Below, piece by piece: positions 10,221 to 19,707 of a stretch of DNA of 64,000 bases. The DNA is from a bacterium. Its GTDB lineage: Bacteria; Acidobacteriota; Aminicenantia; Aminicenantales; Aminicenantaceae. Both the position numbers and the translations under genes were made by a program. The stretch lies in NCBI GenBank assembly GCA_018335295.1, contig JAGXKI010000005.1, positions 20,658 to 84,657 on the forward strand. The letters run 5' to 3'. Every line of letters begins with the position of its first letter. Within the stretch, counting starts at the first letter, position 1. The notes beneath the pieces were generated by a model that worked only from the letters and a program-made list of their open reading frames with translations, did not search any database and was not told the DNA's origin.

Positions 10221-10249
10221 TTTATACCCAAAGATTTTTCCACTGTCAA
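10221..10249 (-). promoter_or_regulatory. Putative sigma70-type promoter for the his operon (TTGACA, 17-bp spacer, TATAAA on the minus strand)
   Basis: The reverse complement of 10221-10249 reads TTGACAgtggaaaaatctttgggTATAAA, about 175 nt upstream of the hisG start. Confidence 0.4.
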
Positions 10250-10533
10250 GCTATTTTTCTTTAAAAATAAGAAATCGGACCAAAGAAACCTATTCCCGAT
10301 TTTCGCGGAACAACGGAAGAAAAAATTGTTGACAAAACACGCGGATCTATTTATAATCTCTTCGATGTTGAAGACAGACTCTACTGAAACCAGGCTCAAA
10401 GCCTTTTTTTCTTCCCTCCTTCTCTGGTGGGCGGGTTCTTCCGCCCAATAGTCTGTCCATACCTCTATTAAACCTTCCAAAATTTTCACTGGATTAAAAA
10501 TCTATTCTTCAATCAATAAAGGAGATTTAAAAA

Positions 10534-11826
10534 ATGAAACGGTATGCCTTTCGAAAATCCGAATATTTACCTCAAAATTTTTATAATATCAAAGCAGATC
10601 TTCCCAATCTGCCTAAACCTCCCTTGAATCCCCGAAATAAATCCCCTCTGAAACCTCAAGACCTTTCCCCCATTTTTCCAAATGAATTCATCGTTCAAGA
10701 AACCTCCACTGAAAGGGAGTTGCCAATTCCCTCCCCTCTACAGGAAGCCTTTTCGGTTTACAGGCCCACTCCTTTGGTTTATGCTTCTGGGCTTAAAGAA
10801 TATCTTCACACCCCGGCCCATATTTTCTACAAATATGAAGGTGTGGGACCGACCGGAAGCCATAAAAGCAACACGGCCCTGGTTCAAGCCTATCTAGCAG
10901 CTAAAGAAGGAGTAGAAACTATGACCACAGAAACAGGGGCGGGGCAATGGGGCTCAGCCTTAGCTCATGCTGGTTCCATTTTTGGAATCAACGTGAGAGT
11001 CTTTATGGTGCGAATAAGCTACAGACAAAAACCGGGAAGAAGAATCTTAATGAACCTTTTCGGAGCCCAAGTCGAGGAAAGTCCAAGCCCTTCTACGGAA
11101 TCTGGAAAAAAATTCTACTCCCAAGACCCCAACCATCCAGGGAGTCTAGGTATGGCTATCTCGGAAGCTGTGGAACTGGCTGTCCAAAATCCAAACGCGA
11201 AATATTCTTTAGGCTCGGTCCTCGATTGTGTCTTGATGCATCAAACAGTCATTGGTCAAGAAGCTCAAAAACAAATGAAGGAAGTGGGGGCCAAGCCAGA
11301 TATGATTATCGGATGTGTGGGGGGAGGCTCCAATTTTTCCGGACTGGCTTTCCCTTTTGTAGGAGAAAAATTAAGAAAAGAAGAAGAGATTCATTTTATC
11401 GCTGTGGAACCTGAAGTTTGTCCCACTCTGACTAACGGGGATTTAAGGTACGATCATGGAGACAGTGTAGGAGTGACTCCTCTTCTGTATATGCACACTT
11501 TAGGGATGGATTTTGTCCCTCCTCCCATCCATGCTGGAGGTCTCCGCTACCACGGGATGGCTCCCCTGGTCAGTCATCTGGTAAATAAAGGAGAAATCGA
11601 ACCGCGGGCTTTTCCTCAGGAAAAAATCTTCAACGCAGCCCAAACCTTCCTTCAAACAGAAGGAATTCTCCCGGCTCCGGAATCTTCTCATGCTGTGGCT
11701 GCCTCTATCGAGGAAGCACTGAAAGCCAAAAAGGAAAATGAAGAAAAGGTCATTCTGTTTAACCTCTCGGGTCATGGGTTTCTGGATATAAGCGCTTTTG
11801 AGAAGAATTCCCAAAACACTCAGTAA
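10534..11826 (+). CDS. trpB2: Tryptophan synthase beta-chain paralog, TrpB2 type (stand-alone, no trpA or other trp genes nearby)
   Basis: The PLP lysine motif GSHKSNTA and the GGGSN loop are present. The ~430-aa length and N-terminal extension are characteristic of the TrpB2 clade. A good RBS (aaaggag) precedes the ATG. Confidence 0.85.
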   Translation: MKRYAFRKSEYLPQNFYNIKADLPNLPKPPLNPRNKSPLKPQDLSPIFPNEFIVQETSTERELPIPSPLQEAFSVYRPTPLVYASGLKEYLHTPAHIFYKYEGVGPTGSHKSNTALVQAYLAAKEGVETMTTETGAGQWGSALAHAGSIFGINVRVFMVRISYRQKPGRRILMNLFGAQVEESPSPSTESGKKFYSQDPNHPGSLGMAISEAVELAVQNPNAKYSLGSVLDCVLMHQTVIGQEAQKQMKEVGAKPDMIIGCVGGGSNFSGLAFPFVGEKLRKEEEIHFIAVEPEVCPTLTNGDLRYDHGDSVGVTPLLYMHTLGMDFVPPPIHAGGLRYHGMAPLVSHLVNKGEIEPRAFPQEKIFNAAQTFLQTEGILPAPESSHAVAASIEEALKAKKENEEKVILFNLSGHGFLDISAFEKNSQNTQ

Positions 11827-12043
11827 AAAATGGGGACAGTACACCTAATTTCGTTCGAAAATAGCTATTGGCGAATCATATTCTTTTTAAGGATTGAATT
11901 CTGTCACGGGAGGCATCTGATAAGCGAGAAAGGCGAGACGGGCGAAAAAGCGAGAAATGAAAACATCCATACTCCCCATTCTTTATAAAAAGGTATCAAC
12001 CCTCCTTCCCGAAGAAAAACCATTTCCCGTTATACTCCGGTGA

Positions 12044-12321
12044 GGGGGTGATGGGTGAAGAACCCGTATGGAAGCCTGAGTGGGCAGGGTTCCTTGAATG
12101 AAATGAAAGGAGAGCGAAACCGGAAATCGAGCGGATTTGTCTGATTTGTGAGTTTTCACAAATCAGTGGGGTTCCAAGGGGTATGGCCTCTTGGTCGCAG
12201 GGCCTCAGCCCGAGAAGGGAGGCAGGGAGCTTTAGCGACCGTCGGAAGGGGGAAAGGGGAGCTTTTCCCCTCCGAGTTCTCGATGTGGAAAATCCGGCGT
12301 GGTACTGAACCCATCACTCCC
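12044..12321 (+). ncRNA. Candidate structured non-coding RNA of unknown class (GC-rich island between two convergent genes)
   Basis: A ~280-nt tract of roughly 55% GC lies in an AT-rich intergenic space. 5' GGGGUGAUGGGU (12045-12056) pairs with 3' ACCCAUCACUCCC (12309-12321); on the + strand this forms a G·U pair, whereas the minus strand would give an A·C mismatch. Internal perfect hairpins occur at 12141-12166 (10-bp stem), near 12201-12212 (GGGC-cuca-GCCC) and around 12258-12275 (GGGGA-gcuuu-UCCCC). There is no credible ORF. Confidence 0.3.
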
Positions 12322-12394
12322 GAACCCTTTTCATTGGTTGAGGGTGGCGGAGCCGCCATGGGGAATTAGTAGTTCGAAAACAAATTTTTTTTGG

Positions 12395-14092
12395 TTAGGA
12401 AACAATGACCCTGTTTTTTCCCCGGCGCTTGGCTTCATAAAGAGCCCGGTCCGCCTTTTGGATGAGATTCTCTCCATTTTTAACCCGAGAATCGGGTTGA
12501 TAGGCAGCTACCCCAAGGCTCAGGGTGAGAAACAGAGTCTTCTTATCTATATGGAAAGGATTTTCCGCTACTTCTTTTCTTATGCGTTCTCCTATTTTTC
12601 CAGCCTGATCTTTATCAGTATGGGGCATTACCACCAGGAATTCCTCCCCTCCATACCGGCCCACCACATCGTAGGGACGGCAGGAATTTTTGATCCGCCG
12701 GGCGGTCTCCACCAAGATAGCGTCCCCAAACGTATGCCCGTATATATCGTTAGCCTTTTTGAAATCATCCAAGTCAGCCATCCCCACTGTCAAAGATTTT
12801 CCTTCACGTGAAGCCCTCTCTACTTCTTCATGGAGGCGCTTTCTTGATGCTCCGTGGTTCAATAAAGAGGTCAATGAATCCGTAATGGCTTGAATTTTTA
12901 ATTTCTCATTGGCTTTTTTTAACTTTTTCTCCATTTTGATCCGTTCGGTAATGTCCCTGGCCATTCCTTGGGCCGCATAGGGTTTTCCGTTCCGGTAGAT
13001 CACCGAGGCTTTGGTTTCCACATACACGTATGTTCCATCCTTTCTTTTTAACTTAAACTGAGTGAGTTCTTTCTGATATCCCTTTTTTTTCAATTCTTGG
13101 AGTATTTTATCGACCTTGGAGAATTGATCGGAAGATAAAAGTGAAGAAAAGTTTAAATTTCCTATCTCTTCCTTCTTGTAGCCCAATCCTTTCAATGCGG
13201 CCAAATTCGCATCCAGAAAATTTCCATCGAAATCATGAATGAATATCCAATCCATAGACCGGTCAAACAAAGCCCTGTATCTTTCTTGGCTCTCTTTCAC
13301 GGCCTGCTGAGCCTTTCGGCGTTCCGTAATATCTTTGGCTATTCCCTGAGAAGCCACAACTTTTCCTGATTTTACAATGGCGCGGGTGACTAGCTCCACT
13401 GGGATTCTGTATCCATCCTTGTGGAGGATTTCTACTTCAAACGGAGAGGACAAGTTTTCTTGTTTTTGGCGTGATTCCAAGCGCTTCTTGACTTCTTTCC
13501 CGTACCCCGGAGCCAGAATATCTTTCACATTCATGTTTAACAATTCTTTAAGTGAGTATCCAGTCACTCGTTCCGAAGATCGGTTACCAAAGATAAAATT
13601 TCCATCCAAATCAACCTGAAAAATCACATCCCAGGTGTTATCAAGAATTCTTTGGAGCTTTTCTTTCTCTATCTTTAATGAATTTTCCACTCTTCTTCTC
13701 TTGGAAATATCCCTGGCAATAGCGAGATACTCGTTTCGGCCCTCAATGGTTTGACTCTGAAGATTGACTTCAAGGGGAATTCTATTTTTGTTTTTGGAAA
13801 GAACCTCCATCTCCACAACCATTTTTCCCTTCCGGTCGAGCTGTTTTTTTAGAGAATCGATACGGCCTTTTTGTGAAGAAACCACAATATCCTGGGGCTT
13901 TTTCCCTAAAAGACCTTCCCTGGAATATCCCAACACCCTACAGGCTGTGTGGTTCACTTCCACGAAACACAGCCGATCATCCGCTACAAAAATCAAATCC
14001 GGAGCTTCTTCACATAAAATGCGGTACCGCTGCTCCTCGATCAAAGAAGCTTTTTTGGGATAACCTGGAGAACCTTTTTGTTTTTGAGACAA
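12395..14092 (-). CDS. Multi-PAS-domain diguanylate cyclase (GGDEF)
   Basis: Three or four PAS/PAC-like segments are followed by a GGDEF domain with an intact RYGGEEF active site. Confidence 0.85.
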   Translation of the reverse strand: MSQKQKGSPGYPKKASLIEEQRYRILCEEAPDLIFVADDRLCFVEVNHTACRVLGYSREGLLGKKPQDIVVSSQKGRIDSLKKQLDRKGKMVVEMEVLSKNKNRIPLEVNLQSQTIEGRNEYLAIARDISKRRRVENSLKIEKEKLQRILDNTWDVIFQVDLDGNFIFGNRSSERVTGYSLKELLNMNVKDILAPGYGKEVKKRLESRQKQENLSSPFEVEILHKDGYRIPVELVTRAIVKSGKVVASQGIAKDITERRKAQQAVKESQERYRALFDRSMDWIFIHDFDGNFLDANLAALKGLGYKKEEIGNLNFSSLLSSDQFSKVDKILQELKKKGYQKELTQFKLKRKDGTYVYVETKASVIYRNGKPYAAQGMARDITERIKMEKKLKKANEKLKIQAITDSLTSLLNHGASRKRLHEEVERASREGKSLTVGMADLDDFKKANDIYGHTFGDAILVETARRIKNSCRPYDVVGRYGGEEFLVVMPHTDKDQAGKIGERIRKEVAENPFHIDKKTLFLTLSLGVAAYQPDSRVKNGENLIQKADRALYEAKRRGKNRVIVS

Positions 14093-14371
14093 TCGAATCT
14101 ATCTTCCCCCACCGGAGTCTATGACAATCCGCTTTTTCACTACGGTGTGTTCCATTGATTTTTAGGATTTTTCACTCTATTTATATAGATTATTTACAAG
14201 TTTTGTCAAATCTAAAAAAAACCAGTCCCGTTTTTAGAAAACAACCTCATTCCAGCAAACAGTCCATAGCTTGTCTTATCTCCTAGCAACCCCTAAAATA
14301 AAAAGAAATGGATATGTTCGAATTCATGTATAAAGACCAAAAGACCCGAATTTTCAATATCAGGATATTTC

Positions 14372-15352
14372 ATGCCTAAAGAATACTGCCATTGGGTGAT
14401 GGCAGAAAAAATCAAACAAATCCTTCCTCCTTCCCCTATAAAAAATATTATCCAAAAAAATATAAATCTTTACCGTCTAGGGGCGGTCATCCCGGATTCT
14501 CCTCTATACCACATTCCCTGGAAAAAGAGGGAAAAATTCCAAAACACTGCCCCACGTCTTCACGGAAATCAGGGGGAAAACACCCTTTCTTTCATCCCTT
14601 CCACAGTGCGGCATTACGGCCTCAAGATGAACTCCCGCATCTGGGCTTTTTTATCGGGTATTGTGACCCATATCGCTACAGACAGTCAGTATCATCCTCT
14701 GGTGTTTTATTTCTGTGGAAATCAAAATTCTCACAATCCTCAGATCTCTCAGGGCGCCGTTTACCGTCACCGAAGATGGGAAACCAATCTAGACCTTTTC
14801 TACATGCAAAATTTTCCTCTGCCCCATAATCCCAAAGTGGATTCTTTATTCCGGAATATGGAAATGGGTCCTCTTGAATTTTTCAAGCTGGTTCATTTTT
14901 ATTACTTTCAAAACCAACCAATCCGGTTGAAAGCTGTTATCCAAACTTTGAATTGGCATCGATTCTTACAAAAATTTTTTTCAATCAAAAATTTCTTCCA
15001 CTTTTTTGACATCCTCAATCAATTTCCATCCGTCTATCTTGATGATTTTTTGGCTCTTTTCTACTTTCCCCGGAAAGAAATTCCCGCCAGTTTTCATCAG
15101 AAAATTATAAAATACCAACATCCTGTAACCGGAGAACCTCAAGCTAAATCTCTGAAAAACATCGAAGACCGGGTTGTGGAAAAAGCTGCAGTAACTTTAT
15201 CCATTATCGATCGATCCCTTTCCAACAAACACCCAGAAAGGAAGGTGGAGCAACTCAAGGGGCCTTCTCTCTCTACCGGATTGGATAACTCCTCAATTGA
15301 AGAAATGATTCACTTCAAAATAAAGCCTCCAGATACTCTTTTCAACATCTGA
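14372..15352 (+). CDS. Hypothetical protein, possibly zinc-dependent phospholipase C-like fold
   Basis: The N-terminus MPKEYCHWVMAEK and the internal HIATDSQYHP resemble the His/Trp zinc ligands of PLC-Zn family proteins. Assignment is from memory and not verifiable here. Confidence 0.3.
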   Translation: MPKEYCHWVMAEKIKQILPPSPIKNIIQKNINLYRLGAVIPDSPLYHIPWKKREKFQNTAPRLHGNQGENTLSFIPSTVRHYGLKMNSRIWAFLSGIVTHIATDSQYHPLVFYFCGNQNSHNPQISQGAVYRHRRWETNLDLFYMQNFPLPHNPKVDSLFRNMEMGPLEFFKLVHFYYFQNQPIRLKAVIQTLNWHRFLQKFFSIKNFFHFFDILNQFPSVYLDDFLALFYFPRKEIPASFHQKIIKYQHPVTGEPQAKSLKNIEDRVVEKAAVTLSIIDRSLSNKHPERKVEQLKGPSLSTGLDNSSIEEMIHFKIKPPDTLFNI

Positions 15353-15664
15353 GAGGTCTGAGGAAATCATCTTCTAAAAATTTTTTTTAAAGTCAAAGCA
15401 AACAATTGTCAAAAATCTCCCCTTCTGTACAGGGCTTTTTTGTATCTCCAGACTCCATTATGCATAAATAATTGTGCATTTTTTCATAAAATTAAAAATT
15501 TCAGAAAATTTTGAGCTGAACTTTTCTACTTTTTCACAAAGTTATCCACAATTTGAGTGGAAAATTGAGAAAATGAACAGGGTTGTGAATTCTTTTTGCA
15601 ATTTCTATAATAAGTGTGTGGGATGAAAATGAATTGATTTTAGTCCATTTCCACGGGAAATCTC

Positions 15665-15982
15665 ATGTTTTTCTTTATCGGAGGTATTCAGCCAAAGACC
15701 GTCACCTTAGATGAAAACCCCCGTATCTGCCCCGCTTGCGGTCGTTACCAACTTTATTTAAAAAGAAGAGATCAATACTTGAGTGTCTTTTTTATTCCAC
15801 TTTTTCCGGTCAAAAAAGGTTCCCTCTTATTGATATGTGAAAACTGCAGTTCTGTCTTTGACCAATATGGAAACCCCATGAATAGGCCCATTGACTCCAA
15901 ATCCAATAGGAAATGCCCTTCCTGCGGAAAAGAAATCTCCCCTGCTTTTTCTTTTTGTCCTTACTGTGGGAACAAACTCTGA
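15665..15982 (+). CDS. Double zinc-ribbon domain protein
   Basis: 105 aa with CPACG...CENCSS and CPSCG...CPYCGNKL Cys pairs, and a hydrophobic middle segment. Confidence 0.5.
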   Translation: MFFFIGGIQPKTVTLDENPRICPACGRYQLYLKRRDQYLSVFFIPLFPVKKGSLLLICENCSSVFDQYGNPMNRPIDSKSNRKCPSCGKEISPAFSFCPYCGNKL

Positions 15983-15987
15983 AAATA

Positions 15988-17373
15988 TCAACAGAAAAAT
16001 TCTTTGCTCGTTTTCACCACTTTTGAAGAAAGACCCAGCACACCCACCATATTGATGATAACCACAAGGCCCAAGAAAAAATCCAGAAAAATCCACATAA
16101 ACTTCAATCCCCCTATAGCTCCAATAAAGCAGCCCCCCACATAGATCAACCGCATGGCCACAGAGAATTTGTAACCAAAAAGATAATAAGCCAGTTTTTC
16201 TCCATAAAACCCGATCACATAAATGGTGGAAATTACAAAAAGAAAAAGAGATGAACTCACCAGAATCCCCCCGATGGTTCCATATAATTCTGAAAAAGCG
16301 GTCGCCGGCATGGCCGAAGCTTCAATCTCTTTGTTCTGCCACACTCCCGTACATAGCAATACCAGAGCGGACATGGTTCCGATCACGATGGTATCGAAAA
16401 AAACACTGATCACTCCCCATAACCCCTGTCTAGAAGGATGATCGGTTATGGCAGCGGCATGAGCAATGGGAGCACTTCCCATTCCTGCTTCATTGGAATA
16501 AGCTCCTCGGGCCATCCCCCATCTTAAGGCCAAAAGAACAGCGCCTCCGGCGGTTCCCCCAAAAGCAGCCTTTCCCGTCAAGGCTCCTTTGAAAATCATG
16601 ACAAACACTTGCGGAATCACTTGGATATGGAAAAGGATGATTCCCACACAACCCATCAAATAGAGACTGGACATGAAGGGCACAAATTTTTCAGAAACTT
16701 TTCCCACCCTTTTGACCCCTCCCATCAGGATAAGTCCGATCATCACAGAAATGATCAAACCCGAAACAATAGGGCTGATTCCCAAGGATTTCCCAGAACC
16801 TGATGCGGAGTTGGCTTGAACCATAATACTGGAGAATATCTCCAGCATAAAAATAAAAGCAAAAAGACTGGAAAGAAAAGGGGATTTGAGTCCTTTTTTC
16901 AAATAGTACATGGGGCCTCCCACGTATTCGCCCTTTTCATTTTTTTCCCTGTATAAGATACTCAACACAATCTCTGAATATTTGGTGGCCATCCCCACAA
17001 ACGCCGTAACCCACATCCAGAAAATGGCTCCGGGCCCCCCAAAAAACAAGGCCACAGATGGTCCGATGATGTTGGAAGCTCCCACTGTGGAACCCAGTTC
17101 AGCAGTGACCGCTTGAAAAGGAGTGATGGTTCCCTTTTTATTGCTTTCTCTCTTTGATCTCCTGAACAGAGCTCCTAAAGTTTGACTCCATACATAACCG
17201 AAACGGCGGAACTGGATAAACCTCAACCGGAAAGTAAGAAAAAGGCCTCCTCCGACCAGAAGGAAAAGCAGCGGCGCTCCCCATAAGAATCCGGTGATGC
17301 TGTTTATAAGAGTTTCCAATGACTCCATACTCAGGGCTCCGAAAAAGGAGAGATACATTGATTCTGAAATCAC
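15988..17373 (-). CDS. Alanine/glycine:cation symporter (AGCS family)
   Basis: The polytopic membrane protein has AGCS-typical N-terminal motifs (FLWGAPLLFLLVGGGLFLT, FQAVTAELGSTVG). The true start may be an internal Met. Confidence 0.85.
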   Translation of the reverse strand: MISESMYLSFFGALSMESLETLINSITGFLWGAPLLFLLVGGGLFLTFRLRFIQFRRFGYVWSQTLGALFRRSKRESNKKGTITPFQAVTAELGSTVGASNIIGPSVALFFGGPGAIFWMWVTAFVGMATKYSEIVLSILYREKNEKGEYVGGPMYYLKKGLKSPFLSSLFAFIFMLEIFSSIMVQANSASGSGKSLGISPIVSGLIISVMIGLILMGGVKRVGKVSEKFVPFMSSLYLMGCVGIILFHIQVIPQVFVMIFKGALTGKAAFGGTAGGAVLLALRWGMARGAYSNEAGMGSAPIAHAAAITDHPSRQGLWGVISVFFDTIVIGTMSALVLLCTGVWQNKEIEASAMPATAFSELYGTIGGILVSSSLFLFVISTIYVIGFYGEKLAYYLFGYKFSVAMRLIYVGGCFIGAIGGLKFMWIFLDFFLGLVVIINMVGVLGLSSKVVKTSKEFFC

Positions 17374-17483
17374 AACTATAACACAACATTTTCGGGAGAA
17401 AAATATTCTTACGGATTTGACCGTATTCTGAAGCTGTGATAAAAGGTTTCTTCATGGATTCAAATTTTTTCGAGGAGGAAAAG

Positions 17484-19682
17484 ATGAAACGATTTCTTCA
17501 CTTATCTTTCATCATTTCTTTTATGGCTTTTATTTTTCTATCCCTTGTACCTTTTACCTATGCTCAATTAAGAGGAAAAGCCCTTTATGAAAGATTGACC
17601 GAGGATGAAGATCTAATAAAATTTAAAGGAATTTCCAAATTTCACTGGACTCCTGATGGAAAAGCTATCTATGTTTATAAAGAAGGAACATTCCAAAAAA
17701 TCCATATCCTTACAGGCAAAAAATCTCCCCTCTTCGACCATAAAGCTCTCATTTCCGCCTATAATGAAATCACACACAAAAACCTGGATAAACTGCCCTT
17801 TAAGGATTTCACTTTTATGGATGAAGGACAAAAAATTCGTTTCAAAGTCCAAACCAAGGGCTATATCTATGATCAAAACACCCAAAAGATGATTTCTTAT
17901 GTTCCTAAAAAAAAGGTCAGGGGAGTCCGGGGAAGAGTGTATACCGAAGTCTTTTCTCCCAATCTGAAATACAGAGCCTATACAAGAGATTACAACCTGT
18001 ACATCCGAGATATGGAAGGAAAAGAAACACCCCTAACAACCAACGGCCATAAAGAGTTGCGGAACGGCTTTCCTGACTGGGTCTATCCTGAAGAACTCAG
18101 CCAGTACAAAGCTTTTTGGTGGTCTCCCGACTCCCAAAAGATTGCTTTTATGCAGTTTGATGAACATCCCGTAGTGAAATACCCCATTGTCCACGATACC
18201 GATCCGAACCCCCAGATGGAAATGCAGAGTTATCCCAAAGCAGGAACCAACAACCCTATCGTCAACCTGTTCATTGTGGATATTCAGAGTCAAAAAATCA
18301 CTCGCATTGAAACCGGTACTGAATCCAATGTTTACTTCCTGAGAGGAAAATGGACTCCAGACAGCAAAGAATTCACCTTTCAAAAAATGAACAGACTTCA
18401 AAACCAGATTGAACTATGGGCGGCTGACCCGGAAACAGGAAAAGTCCGGCATATCCTTAAAGATGAAGACAAATGCTATATTCAGGCTGACTTTGATCTC
18501 ACATTTCTTAAAAACAGTCCCCGTTTCCTTTGGACCTCTGAGAGAAGCGGCTGGAATGAAATTTATCTCTATGATTTGAAAGGGAACCTAGTCAAACAGA
18601 TCACTCATCAAAAATTACCGGTTCTTTCTCTAGTGGATGTAGATGAAGAAAACGGCTGGATCTATTTCACCGGAGCAGAAAACAGAGGGATGGAATTTCA
18701 TTTTTACCGGGTCAAAATGGACGGGTCTGAATTCACCCGATTGACCCAAAAACCAGGCTCTCACCGAATCAGTCTTTCCCCAGGAACTCAGTATTTTGCA
18801 GACACTTTCAGCTCCTTTGAGACTCCCAAAAAAATCACCCTTCATACAGCCAACGGAGAATTTATTAGAGAGTTAGGGCATTCTGTCGTCAGTGAAGAAT
18901 TTCAAAACTTCCAACTTATCAAACCTGAACATTTTGTTTTTAAGTCCGCTGAGGGGAACTACAATCTGGATGGACTCTTATACAAACCCGCCCACTTTGA
19001 TCCCCATAACGAATACCCTCTTATCCTCTCGGTTTACGGAGGACCTGGCTCCAAGATGATCCGAAACCGGTTCATTATGGATGACAGAAGGCAAGCTCTA
19101 TCCCAACTGGGTTTCATCGTCTTATCCATAGATCATCGAGGGGTCTCCAGACGAGGAAAGAAGTTCCAGAATTTGATGTACATGAATCTGGGAGAAATCG
19201 AACTGGCCGATCATACGGCAGCAGTGAAACATATCGGAGAACGGACCTATGTGGATCAAAATAGAGTCGGAATAACCGGACATTCCTACGGCGGATACCT
19301 CACCTGTATAGCGCTACTTAAAGCTCCCGAAATGTTTGATGTGGGAGTGGCAGGAGCTCCTGTTACTGACTGGAGAAATTATGACACTATTTATACCGAA
19401 CGCTACATGCGCAGACCTCAGGATAATCCTGAAGGTTACAAGAAAAGTTCCTGCATGAATTATGCCGAAAATCTCAAGGGGCATCTCTACATTCATCACG
19501 GGTGTGTGGACAACAACGTCCATCCCGGAAACACCATCCAGTTGATTCAAGCTCTGCTCAAACACAATAAAAAATTCGATCTGATGCTCTATCCAGAACA
19601 GCGACACGGAATCCGGTTTGAACGCTACCCGGAAGCCCGAGTGGAGTACTTTATTGAACACCTAAACCCCGAAGTAAAATAA
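17484..19682 (+). CDS. Secreted S9B-family serine peptidase, dipeptidyl-peptidase IV-like (beta-propeller + alpha/beta hydrolase)
   Basis: Signal peptide after the Met preceded by GAGGAGG. The catalytic Ser is in GHSYGGY. A C-terminal Asp/His region and the DPP-IV N-terminal propeller length are present. Confidence 0.85.
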   Translation: MKRFLHLSFIISFMAFIFLSLVPFTYAQLRGKALYERLTEDEDLIKFKGISKFHWTPDGKAIYVYKEGTFQKIHILTGKKSPLFDHKALISAYNEITHKNLDKLPFKDFTFMDEGQKIRFKVQTKGYIYDQNTQKMISYVPKKKVRGVRGRVYTEVFSPNLKYRAYTRDYNLYIRDMEGKETPLTTNGHKELRNGFPDWVYPEELSQYKAFWWSPDSQKIAFMQFDEHPVVKYPIVHDTDPNPQMEMQSYPKAGTNNPIVNLFIVDIQSQKITRIETGTESNVYFLRGKWTPDSKEFTFQKMNRLQNQIELWAADPETGKVRHILKDEDKCYIQADFDLTFLKNSPRFLWTSERSGWNEIYLYDLKGNLVKQITHQKLPVLSLVDVDEENGWIYFTGAENRGMEFHFYRVKMDGSEFTRLTQKPGSHRISLSPGTQYFADTFSSFETPKKITLHTANGEFIRELGHSVVSEEFQNFQLIKPEHFVFKSAEGNYNLDGLLYKPAHFDPHNEYPLILSVYGGPGSKMIRNRFIMDDRRQALSQLGFIVLSIDHRGVSRRGKKFQNLMYMNLGEIELADHTAAVKHIGERTYVDQNRVGITGHSYGGYLTCIALLKAPEMFDVGVAGAPVTDWRNYDTIYTERYMRRPQDNPEGYKKSSCMNYAENLKGHLYIHHGCVDNNVHPGNTIQLIQALLKHNKKFDLMLYPEQRHGIRFERYPEARVEYFIEHLNPEVK

Positions 19683-19707
19683 AAACTCGGGATTTCACTT
19701 GAGAATT

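Noticed and set aside
10429-10446. GGGCGG-guucuu-CCGCCC hairpin upstream of trpB2, considered as an attenuator or terminator, together with a T-box search
   Set aside because: No U-tract follows, and no T-box conserved core or Trp-codon leader peptide was found.
12040-12395. Attempted to classify the GC-rich structured element as RNase P RNA, tmRNA, SRP RNA, a group II intron domain V, or a retron msr/msd
   Set aside because: The hallmark motifs are absent: GGAAAGUCCGG and ACAGAACCCGGCUUA for RNase P, the acceptor/T-arm/CCA end and tag ORF for tmRNA, and the GGAA-tetraloop helix-8 core for SRP. There is no adjacent reverse transcriptase for a retron. Only fragmentary resemblances were seen, so it is left as unclassified.
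15417-15441. Weak hairpin plus CTTTTTT after the PLC-like gene, and a nearby imperfect palindrome TGCATAAATAATTGTGCA
   Set aside because: The stem is only 3 to 4 bp and the palindrome matches at 14 of 18 positions. These are too weak to call.
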